A stretch of 44,239 nt of DNA, the filler included, from Catajapyx aquilonaris (taxonomy: Eukaryota), in NCBI GenBank assembly GCA_000934665.2. It is 2 parts of 2 records of this genome, joined end to end, with 100 filler letters (N's around TTAATTAATTAA, not from the genome) between each part and the next. Parts side by side here need not be neighbours in the genome. Positions count along the whole stretch, not along the records: positions 1 to 21,955 come from JYFJ02005942.1; 1 more part is not named here. The stretch is one strand, 5' to 3'. The translations under genes were made by a program, and so were the position numbers. The notes beneath the pieces were generated by a model. The model worked only from the letters and a program-made list of their open reading frames with translations, was not told the DNA's origin and made no database searches. Shown one piece after another: positions 1-13,639 of this stretch. Within the stretch, counting starts at the first letter, position 1. The number at the start of each line of letters is the position of its first letter.

Positions 1-1100
1 CCCTGGGTCTTCTTCCCAACTGCCACCCTCACGTCGTCCCCACCAGCACCCCGCAAGGGATCTCTTGATGGTTAGGGGATTGATGCCCATCCCACCCTTT
101 TTGTCCCAGAGGCCTCCGTATCCATGTTTGCTCCTCCAAGTCCTTCCACTCAGTCCTCAGATGTCTGGACCCTTTGTAAAGCTTGAAGACCAAATCCATT
201 GGTTCTATGAAATGCTATGAGGATCTGTCTTCTTCATTGTCAGGTGCACTTAGCAAGCACTGAGTCTACCAGACTAGTAGACTGGAATTGCTTCATAACT
301 TGATACATGCTTGGTGATTGAAGTTGTTGAATGTGGGCAGTCCTTTGGCACTGAAAACTGCTTGTAGAAGAGAATGGCACTGGATCATGGCAGGTTGGAT
401 GCACCAATGGGTAAGTGAATTCAGGTGAAACTCTAGGAGACAGCTTAGCCAAAGGATGGAGACAGTTATTGCCACTGGAAGTCTCCACATACAAATGTCA
501 CTTGTAGAACCACCCTGTAGCATCCAGATTTGTGACGTTTGGGCAATAAGCTTCAAGTGTTGTCAGCCAAATCCAGGTATCAGTTGCTCTGCTTGTTGTC
601 ATCCACTGGGGCCAACAAGCATTAATCAGCACTGAACATGACACCTAAGAAATGTTTCTTCGCCCCCCGCGTGGTTGATTAGGCCAGATAAACTCCATCA
701 ATATGCAACGGTCTGTTTAAATGTACTACTGGAGAAGCCACCCCTCTTCTCCATAATTCAAGACCAGCCAAAAAATGATTGCATATAAACCTAACTATGC
801 AAACTGAAATTATGATCCCCAGCCAAGTTCCTTATCACAAGGACATGCAAGTTGGCACACACATGCTCTGCCGTCAAAGCAATCTCGGTCCACATGGCCA
901 TCGGCAAGCGCATTATGCACAGTCTCTTGCAATGCGATTTTGCTCTTATTGAAAAGAGGAAGACTGTCTCAACTGCCATGGTGCCAGGCCACTGGAAGGA
1001 AGTGTCATAGGAAAGTTGTCCAAGCAGGCCATTCCAAGTGCACGAGATGAAGTAAAAGATTTTAATTCGAGTCTGCATATTGCCGAAGACTCCTGCTGAT

Positions 1101-1237
1101 TCCAGGCGGGGATTGCACTCATCCCCGCCGGGCCGCGTACTTGGCGGGGCGCATCTCAAGGCAACGGGCCCATTGCCTTGAGATGCCCGCCAGCCAAGTG
1201 CGCAGGCCGGCGGGGATGAGTGCAATCCTCGCCTGGA
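1101..1237. mobile_element. GC-rich 137-bp hairpin (MITE-like)
   Basis: TCCAGGCGGGGATTGCACTCATCCCCGCCGG ... CCGGCGGGGATGAGTGCAATCCTCGCCTGGA, with inner stem GCATCTCAAGGCAA/TTGCCTTGAGATGC. Confidence 0.7.
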
Positions 1238-2063
1238 CCTCGCCTGGACTACCTGTGGAAGCAGGCTGATGACCAACGATCTTGGATGTCACTGCAATTA
1301 ATTGATGCAAGGGATTCCAAGATGTTGGTTCCCGGACTACACGAATTATTAAGCTGAGAGAGAATTGCCAATTGCGACGGCCTATAGTAGTGTGTGACTC
1401 ACTTCACTTCAACAAAACCTGGCAATAAAAAAGAAATATAATATGACCATATTGATCCATTATTATTGATTGACATATAGGTTGCATGAGCGAAAATTGG
1501 TGAAAGCTTCTCAATAATAGTCCATAATACTGGTAGCTCCACACTGTGCTCCTGTGCATGCAGCTTAGTCAGTTTAAAATTTCTCGCATTGTGGAAGAGG
1601 AAGCCGCAGATGGAGCGAGGAAAGTCGCTCAGGACAATTATTGTTGGTGAAAAGAGCGGAAGGTATCAGGCGACCTTTGCTACTGCACATGATGAATGCA
1701 TAATATGCTGACATATCTTGTTAATACACAATCTTCATGGCCTAACTGCAGCGACGAATTTCAGCTCTGATGTAACCTAATAGCCTACTTGTTGTACTGC
1801 ATGTAATAATGTATTATTTACTCTTGATGCCATGTTGAAACATTGTTGGAACGAGCTACCCAGTCATTTGCTGCAAGTGCTAATTATTATTAGAAAATAA
1901 TTTATGGCACTGCAAGTATTATGCAATCAATATTGAGCAGAGCTGACAACAAAACTAAGGAGCTCTGGGCTTACATTCTCTACCTCCCCAGAAAAGACGT
2001 GACTAACAAAATGTATTGGCAGATATCCTAATCAAGCTCTGGGGAGGCACCAAGGCAAGAAAT

Positions 2064-2139
2064 GAGGGGTTGGATCGAAAAACTTGATAACCCTTACGGG
2101 ATCCCGTAAGGGTTATCAAGTTTTACGATCAAACCCTTC
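2064..2139. mobile_element. 76-bp spacerless palindromic mini-element with 4-bp TSD AAAT (Sola-like)
   Basis: Palindrome centred on GGGA|TCCC (2101/2102); AAAT on both flanks (2060-2063, 2140-2143); copy B has the empty site CAAG-AAAT-ATAAATGG at ~10962. Confidence 0.75.
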
Positions 2140-4319
2140 AAATATAAATGGCTTTGGATTTGTCTACTTCCAGAGCACCATTCGGGACTTCACAATCCCC
2201 ATTCCATCATTAAAGGAGTGATTACTTGGGAGGTTGTCTGGGGAAACAGGAGTGCCATTTACCAGATAATTGGGCACCTCCTGGAGAAAGTGACTGGCCA
2301 AGAAATTCCTTCATTGCCACTCCTGCATTCCATCAGTTATGCAGCAAGCCATGAACCAACGTTCCATCCTACACCAGATTGCCCTGAATCGTGCCAGCAA
2401 TGGACGAAACACCGAAAATTCTGGGCAATGATTTATGCCACACACGACATGAAAATGGCTTCTGACATGCATAGATTCATTAAGAATAATATTAAGGTTT
2501 CGCAGCCTGTAGGGTCCTCCTTCATAGATATTCCATTTGAAAGCAATATTTGAAAGGGTGAAAGTAAGTTATTGTGCAGAATTATTTTTCACCTATGAAA
2601 TGCAACCGTGCACACTCGGGCATCATGGAGCCCGAGCTTAAACTACAGAAATAGCCACCTAACGAAGTTGTTGTTGTTAACCACGGTTGCTCACTAATTT
2701 CCCCTGCCTCCACACCAGCAGTGTGACACACATGCTCCAATACTGGCCACTAGGGGAGATATTAGAGACAAGGTCATCAACCCAAGGGAACTCATGACAC
2801 AAGATAGAGAGGGACATGAGTTGAGATTTCTACATCTCCAGAGATATTATGTCGACAGCTGTTAGCTACTTGACATTGTTGAGAGAGAGCTTTCACAACT
2901 TTGCAAAATTTCTAGAAATTGATATTTCTGCACCCATCAGAACCTTCTCCTTACCCCTCCACCTGATGCGCTCCGGATTGCTTCTACTGATATACTTTCC
3001 ATAGCGAATCACTATCGGCCAACTGGTTCGGTTTCACTTCACCAGAAGGTGAAAAGAAGGTTGCAGTTGTTACTACAAACTTCCTGGAATCAACAAAAAA
3101 CCAATGGCCTTGAGTTCACAGCCACCATACCCAACATTTGGAAATAAAAAGTATCGAGAGACTTTTCAAAAGAGACATTGCACAGGTTTCCATCTCATCT
3201 AGTTCCTGAGCAAATAGCCCTTAACTACTTCAAGATGCAGAAATGTTGCATAAAAATTTGAATATGTCGTTACTTTGAAATGCAGGCCCTCCAAAAAAAA
3301 TCTTTGTGGTTTTCATTCATAACTAGGTAAGGACACAGGATACACCAAGTTTCATGAAAATCCGAGGGGTCTAGGGAGTATCAGTGGGATGATTGGACAT
3401 GGAAGGACTCTTTGATGACTGGTGGATGGTCCATTAAGATGGTGCGGGGCAGTTGACGTAGATGCAGATTTACTGGTGATGGTCTAACTCTGTCTGTCGC
3501 ATCTAGTCCTGAACGAGTACAAGGCGTGGATTAGGCCCCTGGGTCTTCTTCCCAACTGCCACCCTCACGTCGTCCCCACCAGCACCCCGCAAGGGATCTC
3601 TTGATGGTTAGGGGATTGATGCCCATCCCACCCTTTTTGTCCCAGAGGCCTCCGTATCCATGTTTGCTCCTCCAAGTCCTTCCACTCAGTCCTCAGATGT
3701 CTGGACCCTTTGCAAAGCTTGAAGACCAAATCCATTGGTTCTATAAAATGCTATCAGGATCTGTCTTCTTCATTGTCAGGTGCACTTAGCAAGCACTGAG
3801 TCTACCAGACTAGTAGACTGGAATTGCTTCATAACTTGATACATGCTTGGTGATTGAAGTTGTTGAATGTGGGCAGTCCTTTGGCACAGAAAACTGCTTG
3901 TAGAAGAGAATGCCACTGGATCATGGCAGGTTGGCTGCACCAATGGGTAAGTGAATTCAGGTGAAACTCGACAGCTCAGCCAAAGGATGGAGACTGTTGC
4001 CACTTGAAGTCTCCACATACAAATGTCACTTGTAGAACCACCCTGTAGCATCCAGATTTGTGACGTTTGGGCAATAAGCTTCAAGTGTGGTCAGCCAAAT
4101 CCAGGTATCAGTTGCTCTGCTTGCTGTCATCCACTGGGGCTTTATCAGCTCATATCTGGACAACCTGTCAAAGACAAAAAGGACAACATTAAGATTCCGT
4201 GTCATGCAATTACCCAATCAACACACTTTTTACCAAATATTATAATCACAATGAACCAAAGCAGTGGCGGCGGAGGGGATATGGTATCCGACAGCTAGTC
4301 GGTAGGTCCTGGCGGGATT

Positions 4320-4617
4320 GAGCGGAACTAGGCGTCAAAGGGCTGTGTCCAAAATACTTTGATATCAAGACAGCTCACAAGACCGCTCTAGACGTCTCAA
4401 GATATCGCGGTGGATTAACAGGCGTTTGCGCGGTCTGTATAATAACTGGTTCACAACCTCAATACACTGATAGGAATCGCAATGGGCTTATAATTCATCC
4501 CACAGATACATCTGTGATCCGATGTGATCCATCTTTGTAGCAAGCCTTTGAATCTACCGCGATATCTTGAGCTGTCCAAGTATTTTGGACGCAGCCCACC
4601 GATGCCTAATTCCGCTC
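4320..4617. mobile_element. MITE-like inverted-repeat element (second copy ~13150-13437; related to arms of 6935-7887)
   Basis: GAGCGGAACTAGGCGTC..GGGCTGTGTCCAAAATACTT pairs with AAGTATTTTGGACGCAGCCC..GATGCCTAATTCCGCTC. Confidence 0.6.
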
Positions 4618-4813
4618 GGACACGTGGTGATGTACGTGCATAGCCATTAATGTAGGGTACTGTACCCCTTGATGCCTTTATTTAGCAACATAAAAAATTT
4701 CAGCGTAAGGGCTTAAAATAACATGGGGCTGCAACCTCTGACAAGTACACACGTCATCAGCCTAACTCTTGGTCCATCTCATTACAGATTCTTTTCTGCA
4801 ATAGTGCCTTATA

Positions 4814-5193
4814 CAGGGTGTTTGTTACTAGTCCAGTCAGCGGCCGTCAGCGTATTCCTTGAGCCAAAAGAAGTCGAAAATGTAGGGGAGAGAAATGTCT
4901 AGGGAGCAACTTTTAATATGACCTTGACCAGAAACATTATTGGTCAATGGTTGCCGAAGGAGCAGGATATGAGCGTAGAAACCGCTACTGTTGGGATTTG
5001 TAAGGGCACCTCTCTCACAGAAGTGATCATCACCGCTCATACCCTGGACCTTCGGCAACCACCTCCTAATGTTTCTGGTCATCTGCCTGGTTAAAGGTTG
5101 GTCCCTGGACATTTCTCCTCCCTACATTTTCGACTTGTTTTGGTCCAAGGAATAAGCTGACGGCCGCTAGCTGGACTAGTAAAAATCACCCTC
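4814..5193. mobile_element. Tc1/mariner-type MITE, ~380 bp, ~100-bp TIRs, TA TSD
   Basis: TA|CAGGGTGTTTGTTACTAGTCCAG ... CTGGACTAGTAAAAATCACCCTC|TA with long inverted arms. Confidence 0.85.
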
Positions 5194-5904
5194 TATAGTG
5201 CGATCCAAAATATACCTGTCCAGCTGCTATTGCTATTGTTTTGCAGTTACTTTTGCACAATTACTTCAATGGTAACCTATCTGCGATGATCTGGGTTAAA
5301 GTTCCTTTACCTATGGATATGTAAGTTTGAATTAATTGGATCTATGCACATGAACAAGATGGCCCTATCAACTTCCACAATTGATGCACTATCATCATCA
5401 TCATCATCATCCATCAATGCCCAAATATTTGGGGTGCCAGCAAATAACAAGGAAAAACAACTTCTAGTTGTTTTCTAAGGCCCAACATTTTTCACAGGTT
5501 TTCTTTGGCTAAATATTAGTAGCAAATGTTTCGCAAAGTTAATGACTGGCTCAGTATGACATGCAGACTAGAGACAATAACAGGGGGGGTGTTAAATTAA
5601 AATTCGAACCCATCATGGGTAACCCTCTTCCAAAATATGGTACACATGGTGCTGAACNCCCCCCCCCCTGTACACCCACTCCGAGATTTTAGATACACGC
5701 AACCCAATTTCCCACTGGAGTGGAGTGCTCAGAATCGCAATCAGAAGGGTGGAGGCATACAAAATAATGATTTTTTTCTCAAGTTTTGGTATGACCACTC
5801 ATCACAGATGAGAGACGCTCTAATGTGCAGCCAAGAAAATTTAAAATTTAAAAGAGATTAATTTAATTTTTTAAACAAATTTCATACCCCGTGCTAGAGA
5901 CTTT

Positions 5905-6132
5905 GGCTCCCTTAGGGGGGATGGATTACCACCATTGGATGGGACCAAGGATAGGGAAGGAAGGAAGCGGCTGTGGCCTATCTTTACAAAAACGACCTCG
6001 GAATTGTCCTGGAGGGGACCATGGAAACCACAGAAAACCATGGTCAGGGTCCCAGGCCCAGGGATTCGAACCCAGGACCTGCTGATTAGCAGGTAGTCAC
6101 ATATAGCCCTGTATGTGACCACCAACACTGGT
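5905..6132 (-). mobile_element. tRNA-derived SINE
   Basis: Minus strand has B-box GGTTCGAATCC, then GGTTTTCTGTGGTTTCC...CCAGGACAATTCCG...AGGCCACAGCCGCTTCCTTCC, a body I recognise from insect tRNA-SINEs. Its 3' segment recurs at ~39455-39477 near an (ATT)n run. Confidence 0.75.
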
Positions 6133-6934
6133 TCTCAGCCACATACATTCTTAGTTTATACATTGGTACATGGTGTCATTTGCTGCCGTCAAAGACGCAG
6201 CCAGACATTTGTTTGGGATGGATTGGTTTGCTCTTTCTGCTTCACAATGGACAAGTTTGTGAATGAGGGGTAGGCATACATGCACTTTATGTAATTACTC
6301 ATGAAGACACACCTTGAAGGCCTGAAGTAGGCCTTCCTTTTGGAAAATACGCTACTTACAAGTAATACGGCTCGATATTTATAGGCAACACTAGCCCTGG
6401 TGTGACATCAGTGCAAGCACTGCATTTACCTATTTCGGGGTGAACTCTGGTGATTGGATATTACGAGGCAGGAGTAAGCTGTGCAAGGCTTTCTTACATT
6501 GGCTAAGCAGTACCATCATTACAGGGCGTCTTACACTACATCTTCCAATAACTAATAACCTTATTGTACTTAGCTATGCTCTGAAAGACATATTTCTTTT
6601 GCAAGTCATCTGTTATTGGCTGGAGACCAGAAAATTTGTGTCATTGCAAAGATATTTAAGAGCTTCTATGAATGTAATAAATAATTTTAGTGTATCTAGA
6701 CCCACAGGAAGACATCACATTGACTTGAAATTAACCTGGCACACAGCTCCACTAAGTGGTAATAACTTGTGAGCACCCTAGTCCAAATACACGTTCAGTA
6801 GCACAAAATAATAGTCGGAAAATAAGTATTGCATATCCACACATTCAGAACCCATAGAGGCATAGACTTACAGGGTTGAAAAATATTACATACTGCAACA
6901 TGTCTGTTCGCCATTAGGTCTCCTGCAGTAATGG

Positions 6935-7887
6935 GTACACTACCCTGCATTAAAGGCTATGCACAGACATCGCCACCTGGCAGACATAAGTCGCGGCAGC
7001 TGCGTCCAAAATACTTGGGACAGCTCAAGACTGCTCGCGACACCTCTCAAGACATTGCTGCGGATTCAAACGCTTGCTGCAAAGATGGATTAGATATATA
7101 ATATGTGTCTATGGGATGGATTATAAAACCCTTGCGATTCTTCTCAATGCACTGAGGTTGTGAACCAGTTTATTACACGGACCACGATAATCCTTATTAG
7201 TGATATTATCGTCTCTTGTTCGTGTGTTTGAGATGGCCAGGTGGATTGTTCCTGGTCATGGCTGGTAACTCCATCTTAGGGATATGCCGTGAGTGTAATG
7301 AAATGAATGTTCAAATGGTCTCTTGTTATTAAATGTGGGGCTGTGTAGGGGACTTTTGGGAGTGCAGATAAACAGCATCACTCTTCTCTTATCATTCCAC
7401 TGTTAGATTCAGGAGTTTTTAATACACTGTAGTCTGTAGTAAAATGAAGCGAGTCATATAGGGTGGTGCAAAAGATTTGGTATAGGCGACAACTGTCATT
7501 CGAGAGACTTACGTATGACTCTGACTAATGATTGGCAATGGATGACATTTCTTGTCAAGCCCAGCAGATGCTACCCCTTCCTTGTAGATAACTTCTGAGT
7601 TAAAAAGCGAAATCATGCGAGAAGAGTGATGCTGTTTACATGCACTCAAAAAAGTCCCCTATACAGCCTCACATTAACTTGAAAAAACAATATACGCGGT
7701 CCGTGTAATAACTGGTTCACAACTGCAGTGCATTGATAGGGATCGCAATCTAAGATCCATCTTTGTAGCAAGCGTTTGAATCCATCGCGATGTCTTGAAC
7801 TGTCTCAGTATTTTGGACCCAGCCGCTGCTGCTTATTTCCGCCAGGTGGTGATGTCTGTGCATAGCCATTAATGCAGGGTACTGTAC
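6935..7887. mobile_element. Foldback element, ~200-250-bp arms, with an inner inverted pair (7330-7389 / 7619-7678)
   Basis: GTACACTACCCTGCATTAAAGGCTATGCACAGACATC... pairs with ...GATGTCTGTGCATAGCCATTAATGCAGGGTACTGTAC; inner AATGTGGGGCTGTGTAGGGGACTT pairs with AAGTCCCCTATACAGCCTCACATT. Confidence 0.75.
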
Positions 7888-8413
7888 AGGCAAACCCTAA
7901 CCAGCACTTTATTATTCATGACTACTGCCGCACATGCACGCAGACTTCACCATAGAGTAAAAAAACAATAAAACCTACGCACATCTTGCCATGATACTAT
8001 GGGAACAAACTTGATGCTCGTTTTTTGACGTGCATCCAAGTAAGCGGCCATAAATATTATTGAAAACCTCAATACTGCATGTGAACTGAAAAACACATAT
8101 TCAAGTAATAAAACTTTAAAGACAAAGAACTCGAAAAAAACCAATCAACATGATCTAACAACCACGTGACATGGCCAACATGTGATTCTGACTATCAGTG
8201 AGCTGATCAAGGCTGTAATTTTATTTCTCCTCTTGGATCTGGAGAGATGTACAAGACAGTCGCAAGTTTGAAAGTCTTGTCATATTGTCAGGGTGAAGCT
8301 ATGACACCTGTTCACAGCATCTGGAGCGAATACTGCTGAAAGCAGGGACTTGAAACTTCCATCACAGCATGATAGTACCAATACCTATTAAATGCATAGG
8401 TGCAAGTCTGCAC

Positions 8414-8873
8414 CATTGTTATTCAATTTAATTCTGATGGCCGAGGGCAATAGAACTGGAATAACAAATGTGCTGACCTCCTTTCAGCACTCTCGACACG
8501 GTACATTGCTGGACATTAATTCAGTCATACTGCTAGCGACATTTTCCGATGTGGTAAACATGCAAATTGAAGTGATAGAGTGCGAGCTGTGCAAGTAAGA
8601 AATGGTAGCCCTTGGGTGACATCAGTGGCTGGGGACAAGCCTTTTCTCCATTGCCCCCCAGCTGGTGACGTCACTCAAGGCCTGCCCCTCCTTACTCCCA
8701 TGGCGCGCACTACATCACTTCGATTTGCACTTCGGCCGCATCAGAAAATGTCGCTAGCAGTATGACGGAATTAATGTCCAGCACTGTACCCTGTCGAGTG
8801 TGCTGAAAGAAGGTCAGCACATTTGTTATTCCAGTTCTATTGCCCCTCTGCCATCAGAAATTGAACAACAATG
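8414..8873. mobile_element. ~460-bp foldback MITE
   Basis: CATTGTTATTCAATT...GGGCAATAGAACTGGAATAACAAATGTGCTGACC pairs with GGTCAGCACATTTGTTATTCCAGTTCTATTGCCC...AATTGAACAACAATG; lies in a segment absent from copy B. Confidence 0.8.
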
Positions 8874-9197
8874 CCCTGATCCCACCCGGGCATGCTTGAC
8901 AAGGTGCACACCACTTCGGAATGGCGGGCGCGGTATGCACCCGCGGACTCTTACCCATGCGTTTAGGAGGCAGAGATACTATCCTGCCATGGGGAAAGTT
9001 TCAAGTCTCAGCCCTATCCACTCCAGATGACACAAATTGGCTTTATGTGATTCACCCCTGTACTTATAAAATGAGGCAAATTTTAAATCAAGTCCACTTT
9101 GTAATGATACGAGCACATCCCTGTAACTGTGGCCTTGCCTAATTCAAAGCCGGGTCTGCCACTAGAACGTGATACTAAATCGTATAAACTTGAGTTA

Positions 9198-9317
9198 GGC
9201 TGTGTTCACATGTGAGCGACTCGCTCAGCGATGAAAAGAATTGTTTGGAGCATTTGTAACCATCAATATTCGCCCCCATCATCCCTGAGTGACTCGCTCA
9301 CATACACAAACGCAGCC
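9198..9317. mobile_element. ~120-bp MITE, possibly PIF/Harbinger-type
   Basis: GGCTGTGTTCACATGTGAGCGACTCGCTCAG pairs imperfectly with CTGAGTGACTCGCTCACATACACAAACGCAGCC; TSD not clean. Confidence 0.5.
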
Positions 9318-10063
9318 TACGACATCACGCATGGGCTTCCCTATAGCCGCAGCTCCTCCTCCCACTTGGAGAGCACAACTGAATGCACGTGATGCCCGAG
9401 TACATCTCGCCCCAATAAGCCTTTTTGGGCTAATGGATGAACCCTAGGCAGCAAAAGGGCCTGCAATGCAAATGAGGGTGATTAGGGCACTGTACTCACC
9501 AGTAGTGGCCATCATCAGTGAGGCGAGGTATAATAGGCATGGGCTGGAAGGTGTGCCGCCCGATGGTGTCCTTGGCGAGGGAGGCAGGCCCCCAGTTCCG
9601 TCCCATCCAGGCGTCCTGTGGTGGGCAGCCTGCCCCTGGTCCTTCCCAAAGGCCCGACCACCCACCCTCCTGCTTGACCTGGCCCAATCCGTCTGCTGCT
9701 GGCGCCACCCATCCCGCCTTCCCTCCCCTTCCCTCCCCTTCCCTCTCCCTCCCTCCCACCCTGGCAGTGTTGCCGGCTCATTCCCCACTGGCTCTCCTTA
9801 CCGGGGGATACACTTGGCAACAGGGGTTCTTTAAGGTGGGGAGGGAGGGAGGGAGGGAGGACACAATGTTGCAACATGGCATGACTTTGGCCTCCAATGC
9901 ATGGGGGGGAACTGGATGTAAAAATAAATTTGGAGTAAATTCACATGGACGGTACCCAATTTTCCAGTCTTCACATTTCCATTACCAGCATCAAATTGTT
10001 ACTGGAGAAGCCACCCCTCTTCTCCATAATTCAAGACCAGCCAAAAAATGATTGCATATAAAC

Positions 10064-12994
10064 CTAACTATGCAAACTGAAATTATGATCCACAGCCAAG
10101 TTCCTTATCACAAGGACATGCAAGTTGGCACACACATGCTCTGCCTTCAAAGCAATCTCGGTCCACATGGCCATCGGCAAGCGCATTATGCACAGACTCT
10201 TGCCATGCGACAGCGATTTTGCTGTTATTGAAAAGAGGAAGATTGTTGCAACTGCCATGGTGCCAGGCCACTGGAAGCAAGTGTCATAAGAAAGTTGTCC
10301 AAGCAGGCCATTCCAAGTGCACGAGATGAAGTAAAAGATTTTAATTCGAGTCTGCATATTGCCGAAGACTCCTGCTGATTCCAGGCGAGGATTGCACTCA
10401 TCCCATTACTGGTAGCTCCACGCTGTGCTCCTGTGCATGCAGCTTAGTCAGTTTTAAAATATCTCGCATTGTGGAAGAGGAAGCCGCAGATGGAGCGAGG
10501 AAAGTCGCTCAGGACAATTATTGTTGGTGAAAAGAGCGGAAGGTATCAGGCGACCTTTGCTACTGTACATGATGAATGCATAATATGCTATGCTGACATA
10601 TCTTGTTAATACACAATCTTCATGGCCTAACTGCAGCGACGAATTTCAGCTCTGATGTAACCTAATAGCCTACTTGTTGTACTGCATGTAATAATGTATT
10701 ATTTACTCTTGATGCCATGTTGAAGCATTGTTGGAACGAGCTACCCAGATATTCGCTGCAAGTGCTAATTATTATTAGAATATAATTTATGGCACTGCAA
10801 GTATTATGCAATCAATATTGAGCAGAGCAGACAACAAAACTAAGGAGCTCTGGGCTTACATTCTCTACCTCCCCAGAAAAGGCGTGACTAACAAAATGTA
10901 TTGGCAGATATCCTAATCAAGCTCTGGAGAGGCACCAGGACAATTGTAACGTAATGTAAGACAAGAAATATAAATGGCTTTAAATTTGTCTACTTCCAGA
11001 GCACCATTCGGGACTTCACAATCCCCATTCCGTCATTAAAGGAGTGATTACTTGGGAGGTTGCCTGGGGAAACAGGAGTGCCATTTACCAGATAATTGGG
11101 CACCTCCTGGAGAAAGTGACTGGCCAAGAAATTCCTTCATTGCCTCTCCTGCATTCCATCAGTTATGCAGCAAGCCATGAACCAACGTTCCATCCTACAC
11201 CAGATTGCCCTGAATCGTGCCAGCAATGGGCGAAACACCGAAATTTCTGGGCAATCATTTATGCCACACACGACATGAAAATGGCTTCTGACATGCATAG
11301 ATTCATTATAAGAATAATATTAAGGTTTCGCAGCCTGTAGGGTACACATTCCTAGATATTCCACTTGAAAGCAATATTTCAAATGTTGCAATGTAAGTTA
11401 CTATGCAGAGTTTTTCACTTATGAAATGCAACCGCACACACTCTGGCATCATGGAGCCAGAGCTTAAACTACAGAAATGGCCACCTAACGAAGTTGTTGT
11501 TGTAAACCACGGTTGCTCACTAATTTCCCCTGCCTCCACACCAGCAGTGTGACACACATGCTCCAATACTGGCCACTAGGGGAGATATTAGAGACAAGGT
11601 CATCAACCCAAGGGAACTCATGACACAAGATAGAGAGGGACATGAGTTGAGATTTCTACATCTCCAGAGATATTATGTCGACAGCTGTTAGCTACTTGAC
11701 ATTGTTGAGAGAGAGCTTTCACAACTTTGCAAAATTTCTAGAAATTGATATTTCTGCACCCATCAGAACCTTCTCCTTACCCCTCCACCTGATGCGCTCC
11801 GGATTGCTTCTACTGATATACTTTCCATAGCGAATCACTATCGGCCAACTGGTTGGGTCGTTTCACTTTACCAGAAGGTGAAAAGAAGGTTGCAGATGTC
11901 ACTAAAATGTTCATGGATTCAACAAAAAAACAATGGCCTTGAGTTCACAGCCACCATATCAAAGATGTGGAAATAAAAAGTATCGAGAGACTTTTCAAAA
12001 GAGACATTGCACAGGTTTCCATCCCATCTAGTTCCTGAGCGAATAGCCCTTAACTACTTCAAGATGCAGAAATTTTGCATAAAAATTTGAATATGTCGTT
12101 ACTTTTGAAATGCAGGCCCTCCAAAAAAAATCTTCGTGGTTTTCATTCATAACTAGGTAAGGACACAGGGTACACCAAGTTTCATGAAAATCCGAGGGGT
12201 CAAGGGAGTATCAGTGGGATGATTGGACATGGAAGGACTCTTTGATGACTGGTGGATGGTCCATTAAGATGCTGCGGGGCAGTTGATGTAGATGCAGATT
12301 TACTGGTGATGGTCTAACTCTGTCTGTCGCATCTAGTCCTGAACGAGTAGAAGGCGTGGATTAGGCCCCTGGGTCTTCTTCCCAACTGCCACCCTCACGT
12401 CGTCCCCACCAGCACCCCGCAAGGGATCTCTTGATGGTTAGGGGATTGATGCCCATCCCACCCATACTGTCCCAGAGGCCTCCGTATCCATGTTTGCTCC
12501 TCCAAGTCCTTCCACTCAGTCCTCAGATGTCTGGACCCTTTGCAAAGCTTGAAGACCAAATCCATTGGTTCTATGAAATGCTATCAGGATCTGTCTTCTT
12601 CATTGTCAGGTGCACTTAGCAAGCACTGAGTCTACCAGACTAGTAGACTGGAATTGCTTCATAACTTGATACATGCTTGGTGATTGAAGTTGTTGAATGT
12701 GGGCAGTCCTTTGGCACAGAAAACTGCTTGTAGAAGAGAATGGCACTGGATCATGGCAGGTTGGCTGCACCAATGGGTAAGTGAATTCAGGTGAAACTCG
12801 ACAGCTCAGCCAAAGGATGGAGACTGTTGCCACTTGAAGTCTCCACATACAAATGTCACTTGTAGAACCACCCTGTAGCATCCAGATTTGTGACGTTTGG
12901 GCAATAAGCTTCCAGCGTTGTCAGCCAAATCCAGGTATCAGTTGCTCTGCTTGCTGTCATCCACTGGGGCATTGGCAGCTCATATCTGGACAAC
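10064..12994 (-). pseudogene. Decayed LRR-like coding fragments, copy B
   Basis: Duplicate of 791-4164 with the same acceptor (12994) and shared stop codons. Confidence 0.4.
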
Positions 12995-13639
12995 CTGTCA
13001 AAGACAAAAAGGACAACATTAAGATTCGGTGTCATGCAATTACCCAGTAAACACAATTTTTACCAAATATTATAATCACAATGAACCAAAGCAGTGGTGG
13101 CGGAGGGGATATGGTATCGGACAGCTAATCGGGAGGTCCTGGCGGGATTGAGCGTCAAGGGGCTGTGTCCAAAATACTTTGATATCAAGACAGCTCACAA
13201 GACCGCTCTCGACGTCTCAAGATATCGCGGTGAATTAACAGGCATTTGCGCAGTCCATATAATAACTGGTTCACAACCTCAATACATTGATAGGAATTGC
13301 AATGGGCTTATAATTCATCCCACAGATACATCTGTGATCCGATATGATCCATCTTTGTAGCAAGCCTTCGAATCTACCGCGATATCTTGAGCTGTCCAAG
13401 TATTTTGGGCGCAGCCCACCAATGCCTAATCCCGCTCGTTCTCGGCCAGGTGGCGATGTACGTGCATAGCCATTAATGTAGGGTACTGTACCCCTTGATG
13501 CCTTTATTTAGCAACATAAAAAATTTCAGCGTAAGGGCTTAAAATAACATGGGGCTGCAACCTCTGACAAGTACACACGTCATCAGCCTAACTCTTGGTC
13601 CATCTCATTACAGATTCCTTTCTGCAATAGTGCCTTATA

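Larger units (their letters stand above)
791..4164 (-). pseudogene. Decayed leucine-rich-repeat-like (F-box/LRR-type) coding fragments, copy A
   Basis: Acceptor ttgtcctttttgtctttgacag|G at 4164 opens LSRYEL...LEAYCPNVTNLDATGWFYK*; ~2930-2760 reads NFAKL*KLSLNNVK*LTAVDIISL; ~2510 reads LRNLNIIL; 791-1080 reads CKRLCIMRL...CANLHVLVIRNL. LxxLxL/CPNxxxLD-type periodicity with stops and frameshifts. Confidence 0.4.

Noticed and set aside
2218..2553. 111-aa plus-strand ORF (and 11044-11340)
   Set aside because: No recognisable domain, frameshifted in copy B, and the opposite strand carries the LRR-like signal.
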